A DNA stretch of 64,000 bases, taken from assembly GCA_903924465.1 (NCBI GenBank), contig CAIYBN010000056.1:1291-65290 (forward strand), read 5' to 3'. The DNA is from an uncultured Myxococcales bacterium (GTDB lineage Bacteria; Myxococcota_A; UBA9042). The notes under the pieces are model-generated. The model was not told where the DNA came from. It made no database searches and worked only from the letters and a program-made list of their open reading frames with translations. How positions within the stretch are numbered: position 1 is the stretch's first letter; each line of letters opens with the position of its first letter. Shown in pieces: positions 18,766 through 30,108 of this stretch. Made by a program: the position numbers and the translations under genes.

Positions 18766-21474
18766 ATGATGGCGAATTCTGAATCAGGCTCATCGTTGCC
18801 CATCCGCCGTCCCAATCCGGACGCGCTGCTGGCACGCATTCAGGCCGAAGCCGCGCGCAAGGAACGAGCCAAGCTTAGGATTTTCTTTGGCTTAGCTCCG
18901 GGCGTCGGCAAGACGTTCCGGATGCTCCAGGTCGCGCGCGAGGCCGCGGCGCAGGGCGTCAACGTCCTGGTCGGTGCGGTGGAAACGCATGGCCGGAGTG
19001 AAACCGCTGGATTGCTGGACGGCCTTGCCATTCTGCCACGTCGCGACATCCAGCACGGCAACACGGTGCTCGGCGAGTTCGATCTGGACGCGGCGCTGCA
19101 GCAACACCCGACCCTACTCCTGCTGGACGAACTGGCGCACAGCAACGTCCCGGGCGCGCGGCACGCCAAGCGATGGCAGGACGTCCTGGACTTGCTGGAG
19201 GCCGGTATCGACGTCTACACGACGCTCAACGTCCAGCACGTGGAGAGCCTGAACGACGTCATTGCCCAAATTACCCACATCCAGGTGCGGGAAACCGTGC
19301 CGGATTCCATCCTCGAGCGCGCCGACGAGATCGAGCTTGTCGACATTTCCGCCGATGAACTCCTGCAGCGACTCCACGATGGCAAGGTTTACTTGCCCGA
19401 GCAAGCCCTGCGGGCGGCGCAGCATTTCTTCCAGCGCGGCAACCTGCTGGCGCTACGCGAGCTGGCCTTGCGGCGGACCGCGGAGCGCGTGGATGCCGAC
19501 GTACTGGCGCAGCGTGCCGATGAAGGTGTGGAAACGCCGTGGCGCACCACCGAACGCATCCTCGTCTGCGTGGGCCCGGCGCCGGCCTCAGCGCGTCTGG
19601 TACGTACGGCGCGGCGTTTGGCGGTGGGGCTGCATGCCCCGTGGTTTGCAGCGTACGTGGAGTCGCCCCTGCATCCGTTGTCGACCGCAGATCGTCAGCG
19701 GCTGGACGCACACCTGCGCTTGGTCGAGGCGTTGGGCGGCAACGTCGTGCGGTTGAATGGCGTGCAGGTCAGTGCCGCTCTGCTGGACCACGCCCGCAAG
19801 CACAACATGACGCGCATCGTCATCGGCAAGCCCACGCATTCGCGACTGCGCGATTTTGTCCGCGGCTCGTTGCTGGATGAAGTCGTGCGCGGCAGTGGCG
19901 ACATCGACCTGCACGTGATTTCAGCGGACGAGACCGCCCCGGCGCCGCCGGAGATGCCACCTGCTCAGGCGCCCGTCCATGTAGCTTCCTACACATTTGC
20001 GGTCGCAGCAGTGGCCGCTGCCACCGGGTTGGCTTGGCTGGGGCGCGTGCAACTGCCGGCGCCCGATACGGTGATGCTGTACCTGCTGGGCATCATGGCG
20101 GTCGCGGTGCGCACCGGCAAAGGCCCATCTTTCCTGGCTGCGGCGCTGTCCGTCGCGGCCTACGATTTCTTCTTCGTCCCGCCGTTCTTCACCTTCGCCG
20201 TGAGCGATGCGCGACACGTGCTGACCTTCATGACGATGTTCGTCGTCGGCGCCGCGATGAGTACACTGATGGTGCGCACGCGGCGGCAGGAAAGGGACGC
20301 GCGTGAACGGGAGGCGCGAACCTCGTCGCTCTTCGCGCTCAGCCGCGACCTGAGCGGCGCACGCGATGAAGCGGCAGTCGCGGCGACGCTCTGCGATCAC
20401 GTGGCACGCGGCTTTGGTTCCGCCGCACAGGTCGTCGCACGGCGCGGCGCGGAGTGGCGGCAATTGGGCCAAACCGGTGCTTGGCAGACCGATTCCGGCG
20501 ACGACGGTCTGCTGCGCTGGGTCGTCGAACACGGCCGTGAAGCGGGCCTGGGCACCGAGACGCTGCCGGGCTCCCGCGCCCTCTGCCTGCCGATGCCGCT
20601 GGGTGAAGGCGACCGGACGGCGATCGCGCTGCTGCCGCAATACGGCAAGGCTTTGGATGGTCAGGCGCTGGCTTCGCTGCGGGCCTATGTGCGGCAGGGT
20701 GCGCTGGCACTTGAGCGCGCCCGTCTGGCCGACGTTGTGAGCACCACGGAGCTCCGGGCCAAGACCGAGGAAATGCGGAGTTCGCTGTTGTCTGCCGTCT
20801 CGCACGATCTGCGAACCCCCTTGGCCGCCATCACGGGCGCGGCGACGACCTTGCGTGAGGTGGGCATCAGCCTCCGCCCAGAACAACGCGTCGACCTCAT
20901 CGAGGCGATCTGCGAGGAAGCGGACCGCATGGAACGCCTCGTCGTCAATCTGCTGGACATGACGCGCCTGGCTTCCGGGCAAATGCGCGTCAAGCGCGAG
21001 TGGGTACCGCTGGAGGAGATTGTCGGCTCGGCGCTTGCACGTTTGGAGGTCCGGCTGGGCGCACGTCAGGTCCAGGTGGCGATTCCGCCTGACTTTCCGC
21101 TGCTTCACGTCGATGCGCTGCTGTTTGAGCAGGTCTTTGTCAACCTGCTGGAAAATGCTGCGAAGTACACGCCCGCCGATTCGCCGATCGAAATCAGCGC
21201 CGAGCGGCGGCCGACGATCACGACCATCGCGGTCATCGATCATGGTCCCGGACTGCCGCCCGAATTGGCCGCGCGGGTGTTCGACAAATTTGTCCGCGGG
21301 CAGCACACTGGCGTCGGCGGCGTGGGCTTGGGCTTGGCCATTTGCAAGGGCATCATGGATGTGCACGGCGGTACAATCGCCCTGGAATCGACCCCGAAAG
21401 GTGGCGCGACGTTCCGGATCGCCCTGCCACTGACCGCCGCGCCGCCAACGATGGCTGAGGTGCCGCGACCATGA
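18766..21474 (+). CDS. kdpD: Sensor histidine kinase KdpD
   Basis: RPNPDALL, APGVGKT, ETHGR, DELAH, Usp domain, 4 TM, GAF, SHDLRTPL, HATPase. Confidence 0.96.
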   Translation: MMANSESGSSLPIRRPNPDALLARIQAEAARKERAKLRIFFGLAPGVGKTFRMLQVAREAAAQGVNVLVGAVETHGRSETAGLLDGLAILPRRDIQHGNTVLGEFDLDAALQQHPTLLLLDELAHSNVPGARHAKRWQDVLDLLEAGIDVYTTLNVQHVESLNDVIAQITHIQVRETVPDSILERADEIELVDISADELLQRLHDGKVYLPEQALRAAQHFFQRGNLLALRELALRRTAERVDADVLAQRADEGVETPWRTTERILVCVGPAPASARLVRTARRLAVGLHAPWFAAYVESPLHPLSTADRQRLDAHLRLVEALGGNVVRLNGVQVSAALLDHARKHNMTRIVIGKPTHSRLRDFVRGSLLDEVVRGSGDIDLHVISADETAPAPPEMPPAQAPVHVASYTFAVAAVAAATGLAWLGRVQLPAPDTVMLYLLGIMAVAVRTGKGPSFLAAALSVAAYDFFFVPPFFTFAVSDARHVLTFMTMFVVGAAMSTLMVRTRRQERDAREREARTSSLFALSRDLSGARDEAAVAATLCDHVARGFGSAAQVVARRGAEWRQLGQTGAWQTDSGDDGLLRWVVEHGREAGLGTETLPGSRALCLPMPLGEGDRTAIALLPQYGKALDGQALASLRAYVRQGALALERARLADVVSTTELRAKTEEMRSSLLSAVSHDLRTPLAAITGAATTLREVGISLRPEQRVDLIEAICEEADRMERLVVNLLDMTRLASGQMRVKREWVPLEEIVGSALARLEVRLGARQVQVAIPPDFPLLHVDALLFEQVFVNLLENAAKYTPADSPIEISAERRPTITTIAVIDHGPGLPPELAARVFDKFVRGQHTGVGGVGLGLAICKGIMDVHGGTIALESTPKGGATFRIALPLTAAPPTMAEVPRP

Positions 21475-22169
21475 CAGGTGTCGATCCACTCGCGCCACTG
21501 GTTCTGGTGGTGGATGACGAACCGCAAATGCGGCGGTTTCTGCGGGCATCGTTGAATGCCCACGGCTACCGCGTGTTGGAAGCTGGTTCTGCCGCGGAAG
21601 CGCTGATGCTCGCGACGAGCCACAATCCCGCGATCATCCTGATGGACTTGGGCTTGCCGGACGGCGATGGCATCACTGTGACGCAATCCCTGCGCGAGTG
21701 GTGCCAGATGCCCATTGTCGTGATTTCCGCGCGTGGCCGGGAAGACGATAAGGTCACAGCGCTGGATGCGGGCGCCAACGACTACCTGACAAAACCATTT
21801 GGCGTCAATGAGTTGCTGGCCAGAATGCGCGTCGCCCTGCGCCACGCGACGCCGGAACCGCAGCGCCAGGAGTTGCTGTTTGGCTCCCTGCGCATCGACC
21901 TCGTGCGCCGCATGGTGTCGCGTGACGGCGTGGAAGTGCACCTGACGCCGATCGAATACAAACTGCTGACCCTGCTCGCCCGCCACGCCGGAAAGGTGCT
22001 GACCCACCGGCAAATTCTCAAGGAAGTCTGGGGACCTGGCGCGCTGGAGCAGCCGCACTACGTCCGCGTCCACATGGCAGAATTGCGCAAGAAGGTGGAG
22101 CGCGACCCCGCGCGGCCGGAGTGGCTGCTGACCGAGCCGGCGGTCGGGTACCGGATGCGCGAGTCGTGA
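21471..22169 (+). CDS. kdpE: Response regulator KdpE
   Basis: REC domain plus OmpR winged helix; KVLTHRQILKEVWG; overlaps the kdpD stop. Confidence 0.95.
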   Translation: MTGVDPLAPLVLVVDDEPQMRRFLRASLNAHGYRVLEAGSAAEALMLATSHNPAIILMDLGLPDGDGITVTQSLREWCQMPIVVISARGREDDKVTALDAGANDYLTKPFGVNELLARMRVALRHATPEPQRQELLFGSLRIDLVRRMVSRDGVEVHLTPIEYKLLTLLARHAGKVLTHRQILKEVWGPGALEQPHYVRVHMAELRKKVERDPARPEWLLTEPAVGYRMRES

Positions 22170-22172
22170 CGG

Positions 22173-23450
22173 CTACTTGGCCACAATCCGGTCAAACGGC
22201 AAGTACGGCAGCAACGCTTTGGGCATCGACACCGAGCCATCGGCGTTCTGGTGGTTCTCCAAAATCGCAATCAGCCCGCGCGACAACGCAATCGCCGTGC
22301 CATTGAGCGTGTGCACCGGCCGCGCCTTGCTGGTCTCGTCCGGATAGTGGCGAATGCCCAGCCGCCGCGCCTGAAAATCCGTGCAATTGCTGGTCGAAGT
22401 CACTTCGCCGTACAGACCGCGGCCTGGCATCCAGGCTTCGATGTCGAACTTGCGGTACGCCGGCGCGCCCAGATCGCCCGAGGCGATGTCCAGCACGCGG
22501 TAAGGAATCTCCAGCGCCTGAAACAGCTCTTCCTCGATCGCCAGCAGTTCCGCGTGATGGCGATTGGACACCTCGAGATCGCCGTCGCAGAAAATGAACA
22601 TCTCCACTTTGGTGAACTGGTGAACGCGGTACAGACCGCGCGATTCCCGGCCGCCAGCGCCCGCTTCTGTGCGAAAACAGTGGGAAATTCCCGCAATGCG
22701 GACCGGTAACTCGTTGGCATTGAAGATGCGATCCTGGAACATGCCGCCAATGGTGATTTCCGCGGTGCCGACCAGACACAAATCGTGGCCGGCCACCGAA
22801 TACACCTGCGTTTCCTCGCCACGCGGATTGAAGCCGATGCCTTCCAGGATCGACGGCCGCGCCAGATCCGGCGTGATCACCGGCTTGAAGCCATGGGCCA
22901 TGGCGCGATCCACCGCAAAGCGCTGCAGCGCGAGGTCCAGCAACACCATCTCGTTCTTCAGGAAGTAGAACTTCTGCCCGGCGACGCGCGCGCCGGCCTC
23001 GAAGTCGATGAGGTCGAGTTTCTCGGCGAGATCCACGTGATCCAGCGGGGCGAAATCAAACGCCCGCGGCGTGCCCCAGGTGTGCAGGACCTTGTGATCG
23101 TCGTCGGTATGGCCAATCGGCGTGTCCGGGTGCGTCATGTTGGGCAGTTGGCGCACAGCAGCGTCCAACTCGAGTTGCAGCACTTCCGTGTCCTTTTCCA
23201 GTTCCGCCACGCGTACTTTCAGGGCGCGACCGTGCTCGATGCGCCGCTGCCGCTCATCCGGCTCCATCTTGCCTTGCATCGCCTTGGCGGACGCGTTGGC
23301 TTCCGCGCGCGTCGTTTCCAGCGCCGTCAGCAGCTCATTGCGGCGCTTGTACGAGGCCACGACCGCCGCCACATCAGCCTTTGCGTTGCGGTTCTTGACG
23401 TTCTGCGCGACCGCTTCTTCGTGGTTGACGACGTATCGAATGTCCAGCAT
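22173..23450 (-). CDS. serS: Serine--tRNA ligase
   Basis: MLDIRY, GTAE, CFRTEAG, RVHQFTKVE, SNCTDFQARR, HTLNGT. Confidence 0.97.
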   Translation of the reverse strand: MLDIRYVVNHEEAVAQNVKNRNAKADVAAVVASYKRRNELLTALETTRAEANASAKAMQGKMEPDERQRRIEHGRALKVRVAELEKDTEVLQLELDAAVRQLPNMTHPDTPIGHTDDDHKVLHTWGTPRAFDFAPLDHVDLAEKLDLIDFEAGARVAGQKFYFLKNEMVLLDLALQRFAVDRAMAHGFKPVITPDLARPSILEGIGFNPRGEETQVYSVAGHDLCLVGTAEITIGGMFQDRIFNANELPVRIAGISHCFRTEAGAGGRESRGLYRVHQFTKVEMFIFCDGDLEVSNRHHAELLAIEEELFQALEIPYRVLDIASGDLGAPAYRKFDIEAWMPGRGLYGEVTSTSNCTDFQARRLGIRHYPDETSKARPVHTLNGTAIALSRGLIAILENHQNADGSVSMPKALLPYLPFDRIVAK

Positions 23451-23475
23451 GGCAAGCTCCAAAGGGGCGCGCAGT

Positions 23476-24324
23476 CTAGCGCGGACCGAGCGCGACGAAC
23501 AGCCAGCCGGACAAATCGGTCTGAAACTGTGGGTCAAGGGCGCCAGACTGATCCGCTGCTAACGCGTAAAGGCGGACGTTGCGCAGTTGACTCAGCCACG
23601 TGGGCGTCGGCTCGCTGGAGAGTGGAAGCGCCACCAGCGCGAAGCGATCGGCCACTTCTGGTGGCAGTGCAGTCTGCGGCGGGCTCTCGGGCGCAATCAC
23701 CGCCAGCGACAACGGCCGCGGCCTCTCGGCCACCTGCCACACCGCGTCGCCTGCGTCCCGCGCACCAAGCAGGACCCAGCGCGTTTGCGGCGAGCGGCGA
23801 TCCAGCCACGTCAACGCCGCAGTCCAGCGCGCCACCGCGCGACTTCGACGCAGCGCATCGTCCGGCTGCCGCGGCTGCGTGTCTTCCAGCCAAAGCACGT
23901 GTGCGGGCCGCTGCGCCAGGAGCGCTTGCACGGGGCGGCGCCAACGCTGCAGATCCGCGGCCGCGCCCACGTCGATCACCAGCACCGGCGCAGTCGCTGG
24001 ATCGGCGGGATACCAATGGGCACGCAGCGCGGCGCCAGCGGCCATCTCCAAAGTCAGTTCTTCCGCGGGCGGCATGGGCTGTAGCTGGTGGGGCGCCGGA
24101 TTGGGCGGTGGTTCGGTCACGGCGGCATCGGACAAAACGGGCCGCGGCGGAACCGGCGAATGGACCGCTTTGGCAGGCACTGGGCGGCAAGAGCGCCAGA
24201 CCAGCCCGATCACCAAGAGCGCCAACAGCAGCACAAGTAGGGCACGCAAGCGCGACACAGCCAATTCCGGCGAGGCCACCATGGCCAGCAGAAAGCTTGT
24301 AGCGCCCGGTTGCGGGACCTGCAA
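23476..24324 (-). CDS. Hypothetical membrane-anchored protein, degenerate alpha/beta-hydrolase-like (start uncertain)
   Basis: N-terminal TM, LRAHWYPA...PVLVI, WVLLGARDAG at the nucleophile-elbow position without Ser. Confidence 0.5.
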   Translation of the reverse strand: MQVPQPGATSFLLAMVASPELAVSRLRALLVLLLALLVIGLVWRSCRPVPAKAVHSPVPPRPVLSDAAVTEPPPNPAPHQLQPMPPAEELTLEMAAGAALRAHWYPADPATAPVLVIDVGAAADLQRWRRPVQALLAQRPAHVLWLEDTQPRQPDDALRRSRAVARWTAALTWLDRRSPQTRWVLLGARDAGDAVWQVAERPRPLSLAVIAPESPPQTALPPEVADRFALVALPLSSEPTPTWLSQLRNVRLYALAADQSGALDPQFQTDLSGWLFVALGPR

Positions 24325-24448
24325 GCGGCGGAGGCGACGATTCGCGTGGTGGAATCGCCAACGAGGGCTGCAAACCGCCGGCAGTCACGCTATGCTCCGC
24401 CGCCGCGCCGCCGACCGATCAGTCGACCGCTGCCGAGAGGAAGTACGT

Positions 24449-26302
24449 ATGTGGACCCGAGAACAGCTGGAAGCCCTGCTTGATGAACGCGTGCTGGTTT
24501 TTGACGGCGCGATGGGCACCGAACTCTACGAGCAAGGCTTTGGCTTTGAGCGCGCCTTTGACGGCCTGAATCTGACGCATCCCAACGTGGTGCGGCGCGT
24601 GCACCGCGACTACGTCAACGCGGGGGCGCACGTCCTGACAACCAACTCGTTTGGCGCCAATGTGCTACGGCTCGCACGGTCGCACTTTGCCGATCAGGTT
24701 GCGGCGATCAACGAAGCGGCCGTCCAGCTGGCGCGCAGCGAATCCGAAGCGCGGCCGCCGCATATCCGGCCGTTGGTCGCGGCGTCCATCGGCCCGCTGG
24801 GGCAGCCGCTTGCGCCGATTGGCCGACTGACGCGCGAGGCCGCCGCGGACGCCTATCGCACGCAGATGGTCGCGATCCTGCGCGCCGATCCGGATTTCAT
24901 CCTGCTCGAGACCTTTGGCGATCTGGAGGAGTTGAAGGTCGCCGCCGGCGTGCTGACTGAACTCGCGCCCAACGCCGCATTCATCGCCTCGGCGACGTTT
25001 ACCGAAGAAGCCAAAACCATCTTTGGCAACAAACCGGAGGAAATCGTTCGCGTGATGACCGCGGCGGGCGCAGCGGCGGTGGGCGCGAATTGTTCGACCG
25101 GACCGCAGGCGCTGGACCCCGTGCTCGAGCGCATGCTCAAGGTGCCGGGCGCCCGCGTCATGCTCAGTCCCAACGCCGGCATGCCGCGTTTGGTCGATGG
25201 CCGGTACGTCTACGTCGCGTCGCCGGATTACTTTGCCGAATGGGCCGTGCGCGTCGCGGATCTCGGCGTGCGCGCGATCGGCGGTTGCTGTGGCACCAAG
25301 CCCGCGCATATCCAGCGGATGGCCGACGCGATTGGCATTCGTGCACCGCATGTCCTCACGGTTGGCAAACGGCGGGAAGTGGACGTATCGGTTGCCGTGG
25401 AACCGATCGCAGCAGCCGGCGTACCGCAAACCCAAACGTCGAGTTTTGAGCGCAAGCTGGCGGCCGGCGAGTTTGTCGTGTCCGTGGAACTCGATCCGCC
25501 GCGCGGCGTCGACGGCGATCGCCTGGTGCAGGGCGCGATCTTGCTCAAGCAGGCCGGCGTGGACGCGATCAACATCGCTGATTCGCCGTTGGCCACGGCG
25601 CGCATGAGCCCGCTGGCGCTCGCGGTGCTGATCAAACAGCAAATCGACATCGAAATTCTGCTGCACGTGTCGTGTCGCGATCGCAATGTCCTGGGTTTGC
25701 TGAGTGAAGCGATGGGCGCGCACGCCCTGAGCATCCGCCACCTGCTCTGCGTGACCGGCGATCCGCCGTCGCTGGGCGACTATCCGGGATCGCGTGGCGT
25801 GTTTGAGGTCGACTCGATCGGCCTGCTGCGGACGTTGCAACGCGTCAATGAGGGGGAGGATGCCAACGGCAAGCCGCTGCCGTTTCGCACGGATTTTCGC
25901 CTGTCGTGCGCTGTGAATCCGACCGCCGTCGATCTGGACCTGGAGATCGAACGCTTTCACCGCAAGGTCGACGCCGGGGCGACCTACGCTTTGACCCAAC
26001 CGCTGTATGATCCCGCGGACCTACAGCGATTTGTCGAACGCGCCAAACCGACGATTCCGCTGTTGGTGGGCGTGCTGCCGCTGCGCAATGCCCGGCACGC
26101 GCACTTCATTCACCACGAAGTGCCTGGAATGGCCATTCCGGAGGCGATTCGCGAGCGGATGAACCTGGCCGGCCCCAACGGTCCAGAGGAAGGCGTGGCG
26201 ATCGGCCGCGAGTTCCTGACGGCCGTGAAGCCCTACGTCGCTGGCACGTACCTGATGCCGCCGTTCAACAAGTTTGAAATGGCGATTGAGCTGCTGCGCT
26301 GA
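24449..26302 (+). CDS. Bifunctional homocysteine S-methyltransferase / methylenetetrahydrofolate reductase (YitJ-like)
   Basis: FDGAMGT, GANCS, GGCCGT, then VELDPP, HVSCRDRN, VTGDP, LTQP. Confidence 0.92.
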   Translation: MWTREQLEALLDERVLVFDGAMGTELYEQGFGFERAFDGLNLTHPNVVRRVHRDYVNAGAHVLTTNSFGANVLRLARSHFADQVAAINEAAVQLARSESEARPPHIRPLVAASIGPLGQPLAPIGRLTREAAADAYRTQMVAILRADPDFILLETFGDLEELKVAAGVLTELAPNAAFIASATFTEEAKTIFGNKPEEIVRVMTAAGAAAVGANCSTGPQALDPVLERMLKVPGARVMLSPNAGMPRLVDGRYVYVASPDYFAEWAVRVADLGVRAIGGCCGTKPAHIQRMADAIGIRAPHVLTVGKRREVDVSVAVEPIAAAGVPQTQTSSFERKLAAGEFVVSVELDPPRGVDGDRLVQGAILLKQAGVDAINIADSPLATARMSPLALAVLIKQQIDIEILLHVSCRDRNVLGLLSEAMGAHALSIRHLLCVTGDPPSLGDYPGSRGVFEVDSIGLLRTLQRVNEGEDANGKPLPFRTDFRLSCAVNPTAVDLDLEIERFHRKVDAGATYALTQPLYDPADLQRFVERAKPTIPLLVGVLPLRNARHAHFIHHEVPGMAIPEAIRERMNLAGPNGPEEGVAIGREFLTAVKPYVAGTYLMPPFNKFEMAIELLR

Positions 26303-26313
26303 TTGCGCTCAGG

Positions 26314-27174
26314 CTACATCATCAACGGCTGACCAACCTGAAAGACTTGGCCTTCTGCGACGAATCGCACGTCGCGCCGATGGCCCAGTGTCGTCCGCGC
26401 AATCGCGTCCAACTGGTCATCCGTGCGCGACGGATCGTGATGAAATAGCAGGGTATTGCGCACCTGCGCTGCATCCGCGTGGGCCAGCGCGGCGGCATGC
26501 GTTGCGTGCCCCCAGCCACGTCGCGCCGGACCCGTACGACCCGCATACTCGTCGTCGGTGTAGGTGGCATCCACGCTCAACAAATCGGCGTCGCGGACCA
26601 GTTCAACCAACGCCTCATCCAGACCCTCCGCCGGATGTTCCCAGTCGCTGCAATGCGCCAGGCTGCGACCGCCGTATTCCAGACGGTAGCCCACTGCACC
26701 GCCCGGATGATGCAAAGGCGCAGTTCTCACTTTCACATCGCCAACTTGCAGCGTATCTCCTGGCTCCAACATACAGAAATTCAATTCTGCCTTGAGCATG
26801 TCCATCGAAATCGGAAACGCCGGTTGATTGAAAAGTTGCCGCAAGATGTCCGCGACGCCCAAGCCATTGTGACGCGCGGACCAGATGTCAAAGCGGTTGC
26901 CGGGAATGAGAAACGGAGCAAAGAACGGGAACCCTTGGACGTGATCCAAGTGCAAGTGGCTCATCAAGATGGTCGCATGCACGGGCCCTTTGCCGATGAG
27001 GGATTCGCCCAGCAGGCGCACCCCTGTGCCGCCATCGATGGCAAAAAGCTGATTCCCGCAGCGAATCTCCAGACTCGTCGTATTGCCGCCATAGCGAACC
27101 GTGTGCGCCCCGGGGGAGGGAATGCTGCCGCGCAATCCCCAGTACTTGACGGAAAAGTCTTTGGAGAGGTCCAT
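26314..27174 (-). CDS. MBL-fold metallo-hydrolase
   Basis: WGLRGSIP, YGGNT, SHLHLDHVQG, HPGG, WGH, FHHDP. Confidence 0.9.
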   Translation of the reverse strand: MDLSKDFSVKYWGLRGSIPSPGAHTVRYGGNTTSLEIRCGNQLFAIDGGTGVRLLGESLIGKGPVHATILMSHLHLDHVQGFPFFAPFLIPGNRFDIWSARHNGLGVADILRQLFNQPAFPISMDMLKAELNFCMLEPGDTLQVGDVKVRTAPLHHPGGAVGYRLEYGGRSLAHCSDWEHPAEGLDEALVELVRDADLLSVDATYTDDEYAGRTGPARRGWGHATHAAALAHADAAQVRNTLLFHHDPSRTDDQLDAIARTTLGHRRDVRFVAEGQVFQVGQPLMM

Positions 27175-27322
27175 GTGATCCGTCGTCCCTGCGTCAGTTG
27201 GCAGCCGCTATCCGTGCGGGCGATCGGAGTCTGCCTTCGCCTGAGGCAACTGTATACAGGAAGCGCCGAAGCCGGCAACTTTCTGCGCGAAACGACGCCT
27301 CACGTGCGCGCGATCGCGCCGG

Positions 27323-27889
27323 TCATGGCGAAATCGAACTTGTTGCGTCGGATGGTGGCGCGATCGCTGTGAGTCCAAGTGCTGGAACAATAGGAAACCG
27401 GAACTGCCGTTCCACACCATCCCTCTGAACGAAAATTTCCAATACATCTGAGGTCTTGAGTCGTTCGAAAATCGCCAGCAAGTCGCTCGGCGTGACGATC
27501 TTTTGGCCATTGACGGATCGAACAATGTCGCCGGGCAAAATGCCATAGCGCAGGACTTTCGGATCGTTGCGAAACACGGACAACAGCTTGAATCCACTGA
27601 ATTTATGCTTGGCCAGAAAGGTTGGCTGCAGCGGCACTTCAGAGAGCAGCCAGCCGGGACCGGCCGCCAGCACGCGATCGAGCAGCACGCGATCGATCGC
27701 GCCTTCAGGGACGCGTGGCTTCGCTGGCACGTATTCGGTCGCACCGCTGGCTTGCGGTGGATCGGTCTGCGCTTCAGCGAACTCGCCGCTCCCCTGCGCG
27801 GCAACGGCGACTTCTTGCGACGCCGCACCGCTGCACGCGCTCAGAAGCAGCGTACAAACCAGCGCACGAGCCAGCGCCAACCTGTTCAC
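27323..27889 (-). CDS. PDZ-domain lipoprotein (GspC C-terminal-like)
   Basis: Lipobox LSAC; GILPGDIVRSVNG...VQRDG PDZ pattern. Confidence 0.75.
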   Translation of the reverse strand: MNRLALARALVCTLLLSACSGAASQEVAVAAQGSGEFAEAQTDPPQASGATEYVPAKPRVPEGAIDRVLLDRVLAAGPGWLLSEVPLQPTFLAKHKFSGFKLLSVFRNDPKVLRYGILPGDIVRSVNGQKIVTPSDLLAIFERLKTSDVLEIFVQRDGVERQFRFPIVPALGLTAIAPPSDATSSISP

Positions 27890-28266
27890 TCTTTCGGCGC
27901 CATGCCGCAGAAGGACTTGTTCTCATCGCTGCACGGCTTCAAGGCCCCGGTGCCTGTGGCTTCAGCGGCCATCGGACACGGGTCCACGCCCCGGCAGACC
28001 AGGCCGTCGCGGCAGTCGCCGGTCTGGACGCAGGTGAACATGCAGAAGGTCTGGCTGTTGCCGAAATCGATGCAGGTCGCTTCCGGCGGGCATTCGCCCG
28101 GGCGGCAAGGCGATTTGGTGCAATAGCCGCCGTGCGTCGCCAGATCGCAAATCAGCCCCGTGGTCGCGCCACATTCGCGATCCGTGGTGCAGACATCGCC
28201 GACCACGGGCGTGCACGCGGCGGTGCAGAGGAGGACGACGAGGGTCCAGCGGCAGAACAGCATCAC
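27886..28266 (-). CDS. Cys-rich lipoprotein
   Basis: Lipobox AAC; VGDVC..C..GLIC..GGYCTKSPC pattern with more than 12 Cys. Confidence 0.8.
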   Translation of the reverse strand: MMLFCRWTLVVLLCTAACTPVVGDVCTTDRECGATTGLICDLATHGGYCTKSPCRPGECPPEATCIDFGNSQTFCMFTCVQTGDCRDGLVCRGVDPCPMAAEATGTGALKPCSDENKSFCGMAPKE

Positions 28267-28652
28267 GGTGTGTTTCCAGTCGAAGGTGGCGCGGCAGGCG
28301 CCGAGGAAGGTGGCGCAGCAACCGCCGGGTCAACGCAGGGCTTCGCGAGTGCTTCCGCGGTGACTTTGCGCGCCCAGCCCGGATTCGCATCGGCTTGGAC
28401 CGCAAACGCCTGGAAGTACGCCGGCCCATCGGCAAAGCCGGCGTCCTTGTACAGCGAGTCAACAGCGTGTTGATTGGCCGACAATGCACAGTGAATCCGC
28501 GGATAGGCTGCGGCCAACTTTGCCGCAAGGTCGTCGTCCTGCTTCAACACAGGACCGCCCGCGTCGGCGACAGCCACCACGGCCTTGGGTTTGTCCTTGC
28601 CGCAAGCGGCCAGACCCAAAACGACAAAAAGGAGGAGGGGCAGATGCTTCAT
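28263..28652 (-). CDS. Hypothetical lipoprotein
   Basis: MKHLPLLLFVVLGLAAC lipobox; overlaps the next gene by 4 nt. Confidence 0.7.
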   Translation of the reverse strand: MKHLPLLLFVVLGLAACGKDKPKAVVAVADAGGPVLKQDDDLAAKLAAAYPRIHCALSANQHAVDSLYKDAGFADGPAYFQAFAVQADANPGWARKVTAEALAKPCVDPAVAAPPSSAPAAPPSTGNTP

Positions 28653-28691
28653 GGCTCCGATCGTAGGCGCAACGGCCCCAAGGCTCAAGGA

Positions 28692-30038
<1,347 letters not shown>

Positions 30039-30108
30039 TCAAACAGTGCTTGCGTACGCGCGCCCGCTCAAGCACAGTACGGCCGCCCGATGCGGGCGTG
30101 AGGGTACC

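Noticed and set aside
23600-24448. Long N-terminal extensions in the ORF track (also for dbpA, dapD, mutL, pdp, dtd, Nit and the giant protein)
   Set aside because: They overlap other genes; downstream starts match family N-termini, often with an RBS.
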